From assembly GCA_024404275.1 (NCBI GenBank), contig JAKSQG010000026.1, forward strand, positions 1 through 14,818: a DNA stretch of 14,818 nt, read 5' to 3'. This document shows, one piece after another, positions 1 to 7,926 of this stretch. This DNA comes from Clostridia bacterium. GTDB taxonomy: Bacteria > Bacillota > Clostridia > Christensenellales > Aristaeellaceae. The notes under the pieces were generated by a model. That model was not told the DNA's origin. It saw only the letters and a list, made by a program, of their open reading frames with translations, and did no database searches. The translations under genes and the position numbers were made by a program. Each line of letters opens with the position of its first letter. Position 1 is the stretch's first letter.

Positions 1-1
1 A

Positions 2-76
2 GTATATGCTGGGTGTTGATACCATTCCCGATACCATGCAGCTGGTCTGCGGCGATACCACCATCGTCCTCAGGTA
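2..76 (+). CDS. 3' end of an upstream gene cut by the window edge (product unknown)
   Basis: Frame 2 is open from the window edge (YMLGVDTIPDTMQLVCGDTTIVLR*) to TAA at 74-76. A strong intrinsic terminator follows about 10 nt later. Only 24 codons are visible, so no family call is possible. Confidence 0.3.
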
Positions 77-85
77 ATCGATTCT

Positions 86-128
86 GCCGGGGAAGGGATT
101 TCTCCTTTCCCCGGCTTTCTGCTGTTTT
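86..128 (+). terminator. Rho-independent terminator
   Basis: Positions 86-98 pair with 103-115 (13 bp including one G-U, GC-rich, 4-nt loop TTTC). The stem is followed by TTTCTGCTGTTTT. Confidence 0.75.
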
Positions 129-228
129 GGGATCATGCGTCCAAGATGGGCCGAATCGGCCTTATTTTGCTCTTCATCATGCTTTGCGTGAGGCTGGAGG
201 ATTGGATCCGGCGGCATACACCGGATGA

Positions 229-257
229 TTGAGATTGGCATGGATTTGTGGTATGAT
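229..257 (+). promoter_or_regulatory. Sigma-A-type promoter with extended -10 for the 359-1399 oxidoreductase
   Basis: TTGAGA (229-234), a 17-nt spacer, then TATGAT (252-257) preceded by TG at 249-250 (TGnTATGAT). It lies about 100 nt upstream of the ATG. Confidence 0.55.
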
Positions 258-358
258 TCATTTTGGATATCATGATCGACCATTAAGATGTGCCGTATCT
301 CTTTTTTGCGCGGATCGCGAAAACACGCGGGTGAATTGCCCGGAAATGGAGCATAGTC

Positions 359-1399
359 ATGAAAAAGCTTAAAATCGCCGTCATCGGCTGCGGCAGGATC
401 GCAGTCGTATATCAGGGAATTCTCGCCTCCCTGAGCGATGAGATCGATGTGGTGTTGGCCATGGACAAGGTGCCGGAGAGAGCCGAGGCGTTTGCCGCAC
501 ACTTTCCGGGGTGTCAGTCCGCATCGGACGTAACAGCAAAGGGTTTCCGTGCCGCTCTGCAGCAGACCAGGCCGGACCTGATCCACATCCTGCTTCCGCA
601 TCACCTGCACGCGGAATATGCCATCGCCGCGTTGGAGGAAGGCGTCCATGTTCTGACAGAGAAGCCGATCGCCATCACCCTTCATGACGCGGATCGCATG
701 ATGGAAGCGGAAGCCGCAAGCGGAAAGCAGCTTGGCGTCATCTTCCAGAACCGTTATATTGATGGTGTGCAGCGGGTACGCCATCTGATCGCAAGCGGAG
801 AAATGGGAGCAGTGAAAGGGGCATACTCTTTATTAGCGTGGCATCGCCCGCCGAGCTATTACGAATGCGATTGGAAAGGCAAATGGGAAACCGAGGGAGG
901 CGGTGTAATCATCGATCAGGCGATCCACTCCATTGACCTTGTCCGCTATATGACGGGATTGGAAGTGGTGAAGATTCAGGGGCATACCGGCCGCCGTGTG
1001 CTGGAGACCATCGATGTGGAAGACGAAGCCGATGCTGCCCTGACGCTGAGCAATGGTGCGGTGTATGCGTTTTTTGCCTGCAATTATTACACCAGCAACA
1101 GCCCGATCCGCATAGAGATCGATTGTGAAAACGCCGCAGCCCTGCTCACTTTTGAACACATGGAGATCAACTGGAAGGACGGTCGCCGGGAGGTCATCGA
1201 GGCGACCACGGCAAACGGCACATCCGGTGAAGGATACTGGGGCAAATCTCACGAAAAGCAGATCCGGGCAGCCTATCGGGCGTTGAGAGAGGGAGAGAAG
1301 ATACCGTGGCGTCCGCAGGATGCCGCAAAAACTCTGGCGATCGTTAATGGCATTTATGAATCGGCCCGCACAAACAGCGTCGTGAAGCTGAACGGATAA
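359..1399 (+). CDS. Gfo/Idh/MocA-family NAD(P)-dependent sugar oxidoreductase
   Basis: 346-aa ORF with GGAG 7 nt upstream of the ATG. N-terminal Rossmann motif KIAVIGCGRIA, family-typical EKP motif (VLTEKPIA) and the GGGVIIDQAIHSIDL catalytic-region motif. Ends at TAA and is followed by a terminator. Confidence 0.9.
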   Translation: MKKLKIAVIGCGRIAVVYQGILASLSDEIDVVLAMDKVPERAEAFAAHFPGCQSASDVTAKGFRAALQQTRPDLIHILLPHHLHAEYAIAALEEGVHVLTEKPIAITLHDADRMMEAEAASGKQLGVIFQNRYIDGVQRVRHLIASGEMGAVKGAYSLLAWHRPPSYYECDWKGKWETEGGGVIIDQAIHSIDLVRYMTGLEVVKIQGHTGRRVLETIDVEDEADAALTLSNGAVYAFFACNYYTSNSPIRIEIDCENAAALLTFEHMEINWKDGRREVIEATTANGTSGEGYWGKSHEKQIRAAYRALREGEKIPWRPQDAAKTLAIVNGIYESARTNSVVKLNG

Positions 1400-1429
1400 A
1401 ATCATATTCCCATTTATTCCAAAACAATG

Positions 1430-1470
1430 GCCCTCCCGTGGGTGTTTGTTCACCGTCGGGAGGGCTTTTT
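1430..1470. terminator. Bidirectional intrinsic terminator between convergent genes
   Basis: GCCCTCCCG (1430-1438) pairs with CGGGAGGGC (1457-1465), with an inner GGTG/CACC extension. TTTTT follows on the plus strand, and TTGTTTT follows on the minus strand. It sits between the stops at 1399 (+) and 1505 (-). Confidence 0.75.
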
Positions 1471-1504
1471 GTGTGGATATTATTTGGCTTGGAAAGTGTT
1501 TGCG

Positions 1505-3949
1505 TTACTGAACAGTGGTCTGCACGGTATAGCTGCGCCTTCCCATCAGATCGACCTGCTGACCGGTAAGCGTGATGTGCTTTTCATCGCGGATATCCAT
1601 GGCGCTCACACCCAGTTTGAGCTCCGCCTCACCGGGTTCCACCCCATAAACCATTTCCTCGTTGTAATATCCCAGAGAGGAGGCGGTCAGGCGGAAGGTG
1701 ATGCGTTTGCTTTCACCGGGGGCAAGGCTGACGCGCTTAAAGGCGACCAGCTTCATGTTGGGCTGGATCACATGGGCGCCGGAGAAGTGATAATACAGCT
1801 GAATGACTTCATCGCCCGCACGGTCACCGGTGTTGGTCACGGTGCAGGATACGTCGATACTGCCGTCCGTCGGCAGCTCTGCAGATGAAAGCTCCATCGG
1901 CCCCACACGGAATTGGGTGTAGCTCAGACCATGACCGAACGGGAAAAGAGGCAGAGCGGTATCATCCACGTAGCCGCCGGAAAAGATCAGGCTGGCATTC
2001 GGATCGACGCCGCCTGAGTAGCCGGAGCCGACGCGATGGTTATACGTGATCGGCAACTGTCCGATATGATGCGGAATGGTGCAGGTCAGATGACCGCCGG
2101 GGTTGGCGGTGCCGTCCAGTACATCCGTCAGGACCGAACCGGCATCCGTACCGGGCATAAACGCCTGGACCATAGCGGAAACATGATCCTTTGCCCACGG
2201 CAGCGCGAAGATACCGGGGCCATAGAGCACCAGCACGACAGGCTTTCCGACTGCGCACACAGCCTCCAGCAGCTGCTGCTGAACGCCCGGCAGGCCCAAA
2301 TGACTGCGGTCCTTGCCTTCTCCGCCGGTCACATTGAACCAACCGCAGTTGCCGCCCATCGCCATTACGACCACGTCGCTTTCGGCGGCAGCCTGTATGG
2401 CTGCATCAAAGCCGGCGGTGCTTTCGTCAATAATATCGCAGCCCTGCGCATAAGTGACTTCAAAACGATCGTTCAAAACATCCTTCAGGCTGCGGGAACC
2501 CATACGTTTCAGCAACGTCGGCAGATCGTCCATCCCGGCCCGGGCTGTTTCATCATACAAGGCCATCATGGAGGCAAACATGTTCAGCGTGCCCTTGGGT
2601 TTCTTTTCTTTGGCGGCTTCATCAGCAATGCCGTTGAAGGTGACGCTCGAATCATCTGCTGCGCCGGCGGTCATCATTTCGATATAAGCCGGATAGGTAT
2701 AACCGCTGATCGGGTAGCGCATGTTATCGGCGTGCGGACCAATCACCGCGAGTTTCGTGCCCTTTTTCAGCGGAAGGATGCCGTCGTTCTTCAGCAGTAC
2801 AATGGAATCCGCGGCAATTTTGCGGCTGAGCGCGGACTTTTCGGCATTGTTCATGGCGGCACGGACGGCGTCGATATCCACATAGGGATTTTCAAAAAGA
2901 CCATACTCAAACTTGATGGTCAAGATGCGGCGCACGGATTCATCCAGCAACGCCTCATCCAGTTCGCCGCTGCGAACATAATCCGGCAGCTGGCGGTAAG
3001 CGCCGCCGACCGGGATCTCGGTATCCAGGCCACCCTTTTTGGCCAGAAGACCGGCTTCCTTGTAGGTATTCGCGATATGAAAATAGTTGAACATCTTCAT
3101 GATGCCGGCGCCGTCGGAAGTCAGCATGCCGCGGAACTTCATGGTATCGCGCAGCAGGGTGCGGGCCACCTTTTTGTTCGCACCGACGCACAGACCGTCT
3201 ATTTCACCGTAATTGGCCATCATGCCGGACACATCTGCTTCTTTGGCGGCAGCCTCAAAAGGCGTGGCAAAAACCTCATACAGTTCACGGTCATTGATGC
3301 GGGAGACAGCGCAGTTCAGACCGCCCTGACTGTCTGCATATCCGAGAAAGTGCTTGGCGATACAAGCCGGGCCGTTGATCTTGTTTCCCTGCATACCGCG
3401 TACATAGCCGATGCCCATCTGGCTGATCAGGTAGGGGTCCTCACCGTAGGTTTCGTAGGTGCGCCCCCAGCGCGGATCGCGGGATACATCAATTACGGGG
3501 CTCATCGCGCTGTTGATGCCCACGGCACGGCTCTCCTGACCGATGACAGCGGCCATTTCCTCTGCCAGCTCGGGCTTCCAGGTACAGCCGAGGTTGATCT
3601 GGGCGGGAAACAGTGTGCCGCCTGCTCCAGGATAACCGCAAAGGTTTTCGGACTGAAGCGCAACGGGGATCCCGAGACGTGTTTCCTCGACAAAATAGCG
3701 CTGCAGCGTGTTGCTCATCTCAGCAATCTGTACCGGATCAGCCAGACCGGTCATGGAGTACTGCGTAAAACGGCCATGACCGTTGGGAAAATTTTTGCGC
3801 AGCTTTTCAACGGAGACCCGGCCGTTTTCTATAAAGCTGGCGGGCAGGTCACCGCACAGTTGGGCAGCCTTCTCCTCCAGCGTCATGCGGGACAAAAGGT
3901 CTTCCACACGTGCTGCAACCGGTTGTTTGGGATCCTTATATAGCTCCAT
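1505..3949 (-). CDS. Glycoside hydrolase family 3 beta-glycosidase (beta-glucosidase/beta-xylosidase type), cytoplasmic
   Basis: 814-aa ORF with AAGGAGG (complement of 3959-3965) 9 nt upstream of the ATG. GH3-typical N-terminus (RVEDLLSRMTLEEKAAQL) and motifs SPVIDVSRDPRWGRTYETYGEDP and KHFLGY. GMLTSD matches the nucleophile-Asp region but is followed by G rather than the common W. GGEGKDRSHLGLPGVQQQLLEAV marks domain 2, and the C-terminal Fn3-like segment reads KLVAFKRVSLAPGESKRITFRL. No signal peptide. Confidence 0.93.
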   Translation of the reverse strand: MELYKDPKQPVAARVEDLLSRMTLEEKAAQLCGDLPASFIENGRVSVEKLRKNFPNGHGRFTQYSMTGLADPVQIAEMSNTLQRYFVEETRLGIPVALQSENLCGYPGAGGTLFPAQINLGCTWKPELAEEMAAVIGQESRAVGINSAMSPVIDVSRDPRWGRTYETYGEDPYLISQMGIGYVRGMQGNKINGPACIAKHFLGYADSQGGLNCAVSRINDRELYEVFATPFEAAAKEADVSGMMANYGEIDGLCVGANKKVARTLLRDTMKFRGMLTSDGAGIMKMFNYFHIANTYKEAGLLAKKGGLDTEIPVGGAYRQLPDYVRSGELDEALLDESVRRILTIKFEYGLFENPYVDIDAVRAAMNNAEKSALSRKIAADSIVLLKNDGILPLKKGTKLAVIGPHADNMRYPISGYTYPAYIEMMTAGAADDSSVTFNGIADEAAKEKKPKGTLNMFASMMALYDETARAGMDDLPTLLKRMGSRSLKDVLNDRFEVTYAQGCDIIDESTAGFDAAIQAAAESDVVVMAMGGNCGWFNVTGGEGKDRSHLGLPGVQQQLLEAVCAVGKPVVLVLYGPGIFALPWAKDHVSAMVQAFMPGTDAGSVLTDVLDGTANPGGHLTCTIPHHIGQLPITYNHRVGSGYSGGVDPNASLIFSGGYVDDTALPLFPFGHGLSYTQFRVGPMELSSAELPTDGSIDVSCTVTNTGDRAGDEVIQLYYHFSGAHVIQPNMKLVAFKRVSLAPGESKRITFRLTASSLGYYNEEMVYGVEPGEAELKLGVSAMDIRDEKHITLTGQQVDLMGRRSYTVQTTVQ

Positions 3950-4045
3950 TTCGCCGTGCCTCCTTATACACCTGAAGGAATTTTGATATGTTCAGCATAC
4001 ACACGATCATCGCTTCTGTCAAGGGGATCGCAGCTGCTGTTGCAT

Positions 4046-4059
4046 TGAAAACGTTGTAT
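4046..4059. promoter_or_regulatory. cre-like / LacI-family-operator-like site in the divergent control region
   Basis: TGAAAACGTTGTAT matches the cre consensus TGWAANCGNTNWCA at 12 of 14 positions. The left half-site and central CG are perfect; the last two bases of the right half deviate. It lies between the divergently transcribed GH3 gene and the long operon. Confidence 0.35.
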
Positions 4060-4088
4060 AATTTGGCAGAAAATTGTTCAAATTGTCC

Positions 4089-4118
4089 TTGACAAGTCGA
4101 TGCAGACTGTATTATTAT
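4089..4118 (+). promoter_or_regulatory. Candidate sigma-A promoter of the DUF4838-ABC-enzyme operon
   Basis: Perfect -35 TTGACA (4089-4094), an 18-nt spacer, then TATTAT (4113-4118). A perfect TATAAT at 4116-4121 would need a 21-nt spacer. The AAATTGT direct repeat (4071-4077, 4080-4086) abuts the -35. Confidence 0.5.
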
Positions 4119-4192
4119 AATGCCATCTGTATGTTTGTATCACTGTCCAAACAAACCGATGATGAACCCACCGGCTCAAAGAACGGTCCCAT

Positions 4193-5527
4193 ATGAATAC
4201 TGTAAATAAGAATGAAGACAGGGTCATTTCCTTTGCCTCTGATGAACTTCGGCAATATTTGCTTCTGGGCGGCCTCACACCCGGGCAGCTGCCTGTCATC
4301 CGTTTATCGGTCCGCGATGCTTCGGCATGGGATGCGTTTTCCTGCGAAGCGGCAGCGGATGCCATCACAATCTGCGGAACAAATCCCCGCAGCGTCCTGA
4401 TTGGCTGCTATGCCTATCTGAAACGGCTCGGCTTCCGTTTTCTTGCTCCGGGCGCAAACCATACGGTGATTCCATCTCTGGACGGTCCGTCTTCCCTGAC
4501 CGTATCACGCTTTGAGGAAAAGGCTGACTGCTTCCACCGTGGCGTGTGCATCGAAGGCTCCATGTCGCAGGAAAATCTGCTGGATTATATCGAATGGATG
4601 CCCAAGGCCGGTCTGAACGCCTGTTTCCTGCAATTTTTCCGCCCTGATGTGTTCTTCACACGTTGGTACAGGCATGAGAATAATCCGCTGCTGCCTGCAG
4701 AAGAACTGACAGAAGATCGTCTTGCCGCCATGGACCGCTGTGTCACCGAAGCATGTACCCGCCGCGGACTGATGATCCACCGTGTCGGCCATGGCTGGAC
4801 CTCGCGTGCACTTGGCTATTCCGGAAATGGCTGGCAGCGCGAACCCGAGCCGACCGATCCCGTTCTGCGGCGCCGCATCGCACAGCTGAAGGGGGAACGC
4901 AAGCTATTCGGCGGTGTCCCCGCCAACACCAACCTTTGCTACAGCTGTCCTGATGTCCGCGATGCGCTGATTCGGGAGGTATGTGAATATGCCTCCGCGC
5001 ATCCCGAAACAGATTACCTGCACTTCTGGCTGGCGGATACGCATAACAATGTCTGTGAATGTGAAGACTGCCGGCGTACGACCCTTTCGGATCAGTATGT
5101 TGAGATCCTGAACGCGCTGGATGAGGCGCTGACCGAACGCGGACTTACAACACGGATCGTATTTTTGCTGTATCAGGAGCTGCTCTATCCGCCAAAGTTG
5201 ACGCGTTTCAGGCATCCGGAGCGCTTCACGATGATGTTTGCCCCGATCTCCAGAACCTTTGAATCTTCCTATCCCGAGAAGGTCGACGATACCCGAATTG
5301 TTCCCTGGGTGCGCAATCACATGCACCTGCCGGTTGGCATCGATGAAAACCTCGCTTTTTACCGCCAATGGCGCGAAGTGTTCAAAGGGGACGCCTTCAT
5401 TTATGATTATCATTTGGGACGCGCCCACTACGGCGATCTCGGATACATGACGATCGCACGGACACTTCACCGCGATCTGCAGCGGCTGCATGTGCTTGGC
5501 TTCAGCGGCATGGTCGCCTGTCAGTAG
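4193..5527 (+). CDS. DUF4838-like putative glycoside hydrolase, N-terminal 444 codons, ending at an in-frame TAG
   Basis: The layout resembles DUF4838 as I recall it. A TIM-barrel-like core starts near FHRGVCIEG, followed by HRVGHGW, NLCYSCPDV and the FWLADTHNNVCECEDC signature. No signal peptide and only a weak SD. TAG at 5525-5527 is in the same frame as the next ORF. Confidence 0.7.
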   Translation: MNTVNKNEDRVISFASDELRQYLLLGGLTPGQLPVIRLSVRDASAWDAFSCEAAADAITICGTNPRSVLIGCYAYLKRLGFRFLAPGANHTVIPSLDGPSSLTVSRFEEKADCFHRGVCIEGSMSQENLLDYIEWMPKAGLNACFLQFFRPDVFFTRWYRHENNPLLPAEELTEDRLAAMDRCVTEACTRRGLMIHRVGHGWTSRALGYSGNGWQREPEPTDPVLRRRIAQLKGERKLFGGVPANTNLCYSCPDVRDALIREVCEYASAHPETDYLHFWLADTHNNVCECEDCRRTTLSDQYVEILNALDEALTERGLTTRIVFLLYQELLYPPKLTRFRHPERFTMMFAPISRTFESSYPEKVDDTRIVPWVRNHMHLPVGIDENLAFYRQWREVFKGDAFIYDYHLGRAHYGDLGYMTIARTLHRDLQRLHVLGFSGMVACQ

Positions 5528-5533
5528 CTGCGG

Positions 5534-6037
5534 GTGCTGATGCCATCCGCCCTACCGATCGATCTGATGGGGCAAACGCTCTGGAACCGCAGTACGGATT
5601 TCGATACCGCGGCGCAGGAGCACTTTTGTGCCCTGTACGGGGCAGACGCCGGATGGGTATGCCATTATCTTGAAGAGATCTCCGACTTGTGCGATACCGA
5701 TTACACCAATGCAAACGGCCCCCGGCTTCGTCCGGATTTGGCACCGCGTTATGAACGGATCGCCGCCCTGTCGCAGGCTGCGGCACAGCACAAAATGGAT
5801 CCCTCTCCCGCAGCGGAACGGCTGCAGGCGACCATTGCGCAAAATATCCTGCACGCGCAGGCGCTGGCAGCACTGGCAGCCGGGGATGAAGCGCTGGCCT
5901 CAGAACGCTTCCGCGCCTACTGCAGCCTGATCCGCAGCAGTGAGACCCGCTTCCAGCCCGACCTTGATGTCTATCGGATGATCGAGGTTTCCGAAAAATT
6001 CACCGGTCTGAGGGAGCATCTCCCCTTTCAGGCATAA
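5534..6037 (+). CDS. C-terminal continuation (167 codons) of the DUF4838-like gene, downstream of the in-frame TAG
   Basis: Same reading frame as 4193-5527, with only TAG-CTG-CGG between the two ORFs. No SD precedes the GTG at 5534 or the ATG at 5540. Coding character continues (LWNRSTDFDTAAQEHFCALYGADAG) to TAA at 6035-6037. It is probably not an independent gene. Confidence 0.6.
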   Translation: MLMPSALPIDLMGQTLWNRSTDFDTAAQEHFCALYGADAGWVCHYLEEISDLCDTDYTNANGPRLRPDLAPRYERIAALSQAAAQHKMDPSPAAERLQATIAQNILHAQALAALAAGDEALASERFRAYCSLIRSSETRFQPDLDVYRMIEVSEKFTGLREHLPFQA

Positions 6038-6062
6038 CAAATATCAGAAGGGATTGAACGCC

Positions 6063-6986
6063 ATGAGCACGATCAAGCTAACCAAAGCGCAGCGAAAAAA
6101 CCGGATCAAACTGAATCTGTGGTGTTGGTCCTTCGTTTCCATGACGCTGATCTTCTATATCCTGTTCCAGGGATATCCGATCATCCGCTCCATCTACTAC
6201 TCACTGTTCAACTGGTCCGGCATGACAAGCAACATGACCTATGTCGGTCTGGACAATTACAAAACGCTTCTGGCAGACAATCTGTTCTGGGGCGCGTTCA
6301 AAAACAGCTTCCGGTACATGGTGATGGTCGTGCCGCTGGAGGTCGTCATCTCGCTGTTCTTCGCCTACCTGCTCAATGACGAAAAGCTGCGCGGGCGCAC
6401 CGCCTACCGTATCATGCTCTTCATGCCCGTCGTCGTGACCGCGTCCATCGTCGGTATCGTGATGGTGTTCATCTGGTCTTCCACCGGCATTGTCAACAAC
6501 ACGCTGGTCGGTCTGGGCGCCATTCCCAAAGCGATCAACTGGCTGGGCAACAAAAAGTACGCCATGCAGACCGTTGTCATCGTCTCCGTCTGGAAAGACA
6601 TGGGTACCTACATGATCTACTGGCTGGCAGCGCTGCAGGGCGTGCCCGCGGATGTAATCGAAGCCGCCAATGTGGACGGCGCGACCCGTGTACAGACATT
6701 CTTCCGCGTCGTTGTGCCGATTATTCTGCCGACCGCCGGCATCATCGTCATCCTCTGCACCATCAACTCCCTGAAGGCGTTTGACCTGATCCAGACACTG
6801 ACCGGCGGCGGACCGTTCTATGCAACAGACGTCATTGCCACCTTCGTTTACCGTACAGCCTTCACCTCTGAGATGGGTCTCCCGCGCTTCGGCTATGCAT
6901 CCGCCGCGGCCACGCTGTTCGGCTTTGTGGTCATCATCATCGGTGCCGTGCTGAACACCGTCAAGGGCAAGCTGCAGCAGCAGTGA
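6063..6986 (+). CDS. Carbohydrate ABC transporter permease (CUT1, MalF/UgpA-like)
   Basis: Multi-pass membrane protein with the EAA loop EAANVDGATRVQTFFRVVVPIILP. GAAGGGA lies 9 nt upstream of the ATG at 6063. The TTG at 6054 in the ORF track has no usable spacer. Confidence 0.9.
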   Translation: MSTIKLTKAQRKNRIKLNLWCWSFVSMTLIFYILFQGYPIIRSIYYSLFNWSGMTSNMTYVGLDNYKTLLADNLFWGAFKNSFRYMVMVVPLEVVISLFFAYLLNDEKLRGRTAYRIMLFMPVVVTASIVGIVMVFIWSSTGIVNNTLVGLGAIPKAINWLGNKKYAMQTVVIVSVWKDMGTYMIYWLAALQGVPADVIEAANVDGATRVQTFFRVVVPIILPTAGIIVILCTINSLKAFDLIQTLTGGGPFYATDVIATFVYRTAFTSEMGLPRFGYASAAATLFGFVVIIIGAVLNTVKGKLQQQ

Positions 6987-6996
6987 AAGGAGGATA

Positions 6997-7866
6997 ATGA
7001 CTATGACCGTTGCAAAGAATATCGGCAAAAAGAAGCATTTCGCCTTCAAGCCTTTCATGCTCCTCGCGCACGCTATCCTGCTGATCTGTTCATTGATCTG
7101 GATTTATCCGATCGTCTGGACGATCATCTCCTCCTTCAAGCCGCAGGCCAACTTCTTCAAAGAGCAGCTGAACCTGCTGCCCAGCATGATGACGCTGGAC
7201 AATTACATCCGTGTGTGGAGCAAGGCAAACTTTACCATCTACTTCACCAACTCCGTCATCGTAACGATCTGTACCGTCGCGCTGGTGCTGATTATGACCA
7301 ACATGGCAGGCTATGTGCTGGGACGCTATAAGTTCTTCGGCCGCGGCTTCCTGATGGCCCTGTTCCTTTCCTCTATTTGCATCCCGTTGGTTTCCACACT
7401 GATCCCCGTGTATCAGATCGTCAAAAGCATGGGCCTGATGGGCACGCGTCTGGGTCTGATTCTGAGCGGCGCCGGCGGCGCGCATGTCATCTTCCTGCTG
7501 CTGTTCTCCAGCTATTACTCCACGGTGCCAAACGAACTGGAGGAAGCGGCCAAGCTGGACGGCTGCGGCTTCCTGGGTACCTACATCAGCGTTATGGTCC
7601 CGCTGTCTTCTCCAATCACGACCACTGTGGTCATCATGGAATCCTTGTGGACGTGGAACGCCTTCCAGCTGCCGCTGATCCTGACGCTGAACAACCCCGC
7701 CTCCCGCACGCTGGCGGTCGGTCTGTACGCGTTCAAGGGTGAAAACGTGGTCGACTGGACCGGCATCTGCGCCGGCGGCGCCATCGCAATGGTTCCCATC
7801 ATCATCGTGTTCATCGCCTTCCAGAAGTTCTTCATCAACGGCATGGCCGGTGCCGTGAAGGGCTGA
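6997..7866 (+). CDS. Carbohydrate ABC transporter permease (CUT1, MalG/UgpE-like)
   Basis: Multi-pass membrane protein with the EAA loop EEAAKLDGCGFLGTYISVMVPLSSP. AAGGAGG (6987-6993) is 3 nt from the ATG at 6997 and 9 nt from the ATG at 7003. The true start is therefore probably 7003. Confidence 0.9.
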   Translation: MTMTVAKNIGKKKHFAFKPFMLLAHAILLICSLIWIYPIVWTIISSFKPQANFFKEQLNLLPSMMTLDNYIRVWSKANFTIYFTNSVIVTICTVALVLIMTNMAGYVLGRYKFFGRGFLMALFLSSICIPLVSTLIPVYQIVKSMGLMGTRLGLILSGAGGAHVIFLLLFSSYYSTVPNELEEAAKLDGCGFLGTYISVMVPLSSPITTTVVIMESLWTWNAFQLPLILTLNNPASRTLAVGLYAFKGENVVDWTGICAGGAIAMVPIIIVFIAFQKFFINGMAGAVKG

Positions 7867-7878
7867 TCTTCCCACCGA

Positions 7879-7904
7879 ATGTTTTGCACCAAGGTGCATA
7901 ACAT
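7879..7904. promoter_or_regulatory. 26-nt near-perfect palindrome just upstream of the SBP gene's RBS
   Basis: The sequence is ATGTT-T-TGCACC-AA-GGTGCA-T-AACAT. Eleven of 12 arm positions are complementary, with one T/T mismatch. It ends 9 nt before AGGAGG (7914-7919). Confidence 0.4.
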
Positions 7905-7926
7905 AAATTTTTTAGGAGGTTTTCTT

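Noticed and set aside
13-228. 71-aa plus-strand ORF at the window start
   Set aside because: It runs straight through the intrinsic terminator at 86-128, has no SD, and is Pro/Ser/Gly/Arg-rich. The real coding signal here is more likely the frame-2 gene end at 2-76.
309-329. Three CGCG tetramers (309-312, 316-319, 326-329) in the oxidoreductase leader that could form alternative hairpins
   Set aside because: CGCG is self-complementary, so such pairings are trivial. The stems are only 4 bp and there is no adjacent U-tract or anti-SD logic.
1427-1888. 153-aa plus-strand ORF overlapping the terminator and the GH3 3' end
   Set aside because: It starts inside the terminator hairpin and is antisense to the Fn3-like C-terminus of GH3. 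No motif and no SD.
2036-3943. 635-aa plus-strand ORF covering almost the whole GH3 gene
   Set aside because: This is a mirror ORF of a GC-rich gene. Its translation is low-complexity (G/A/R/H/Q-rich) with no recognisable motif and no SD. The opposite strand carries unambiguous GH3 motifs and a strong SD.
4116-4121. Perfect TATAAT as the -10 partner of TTGACA (4089-4094)
   Set aside because: The spacer would be 21 nt, outside the functional range. TATTAT at 4113-4118 (18-nt spacer) is the more plausible -10.
5525-5527. Pyrrolysine insertion or genome-wide TAG reassignment as the explanation for the in-frame amber codon
   Set aside because: Only one internal TAG occurs in roughly 4,700 sense codons of well-supported genes here, which argues against reassignment. 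Known bacterial Pyl use centres on methylamine methyltransferases, and no pyl genes are in the window. It stays a low-probability alternative pending a whole-genome check.
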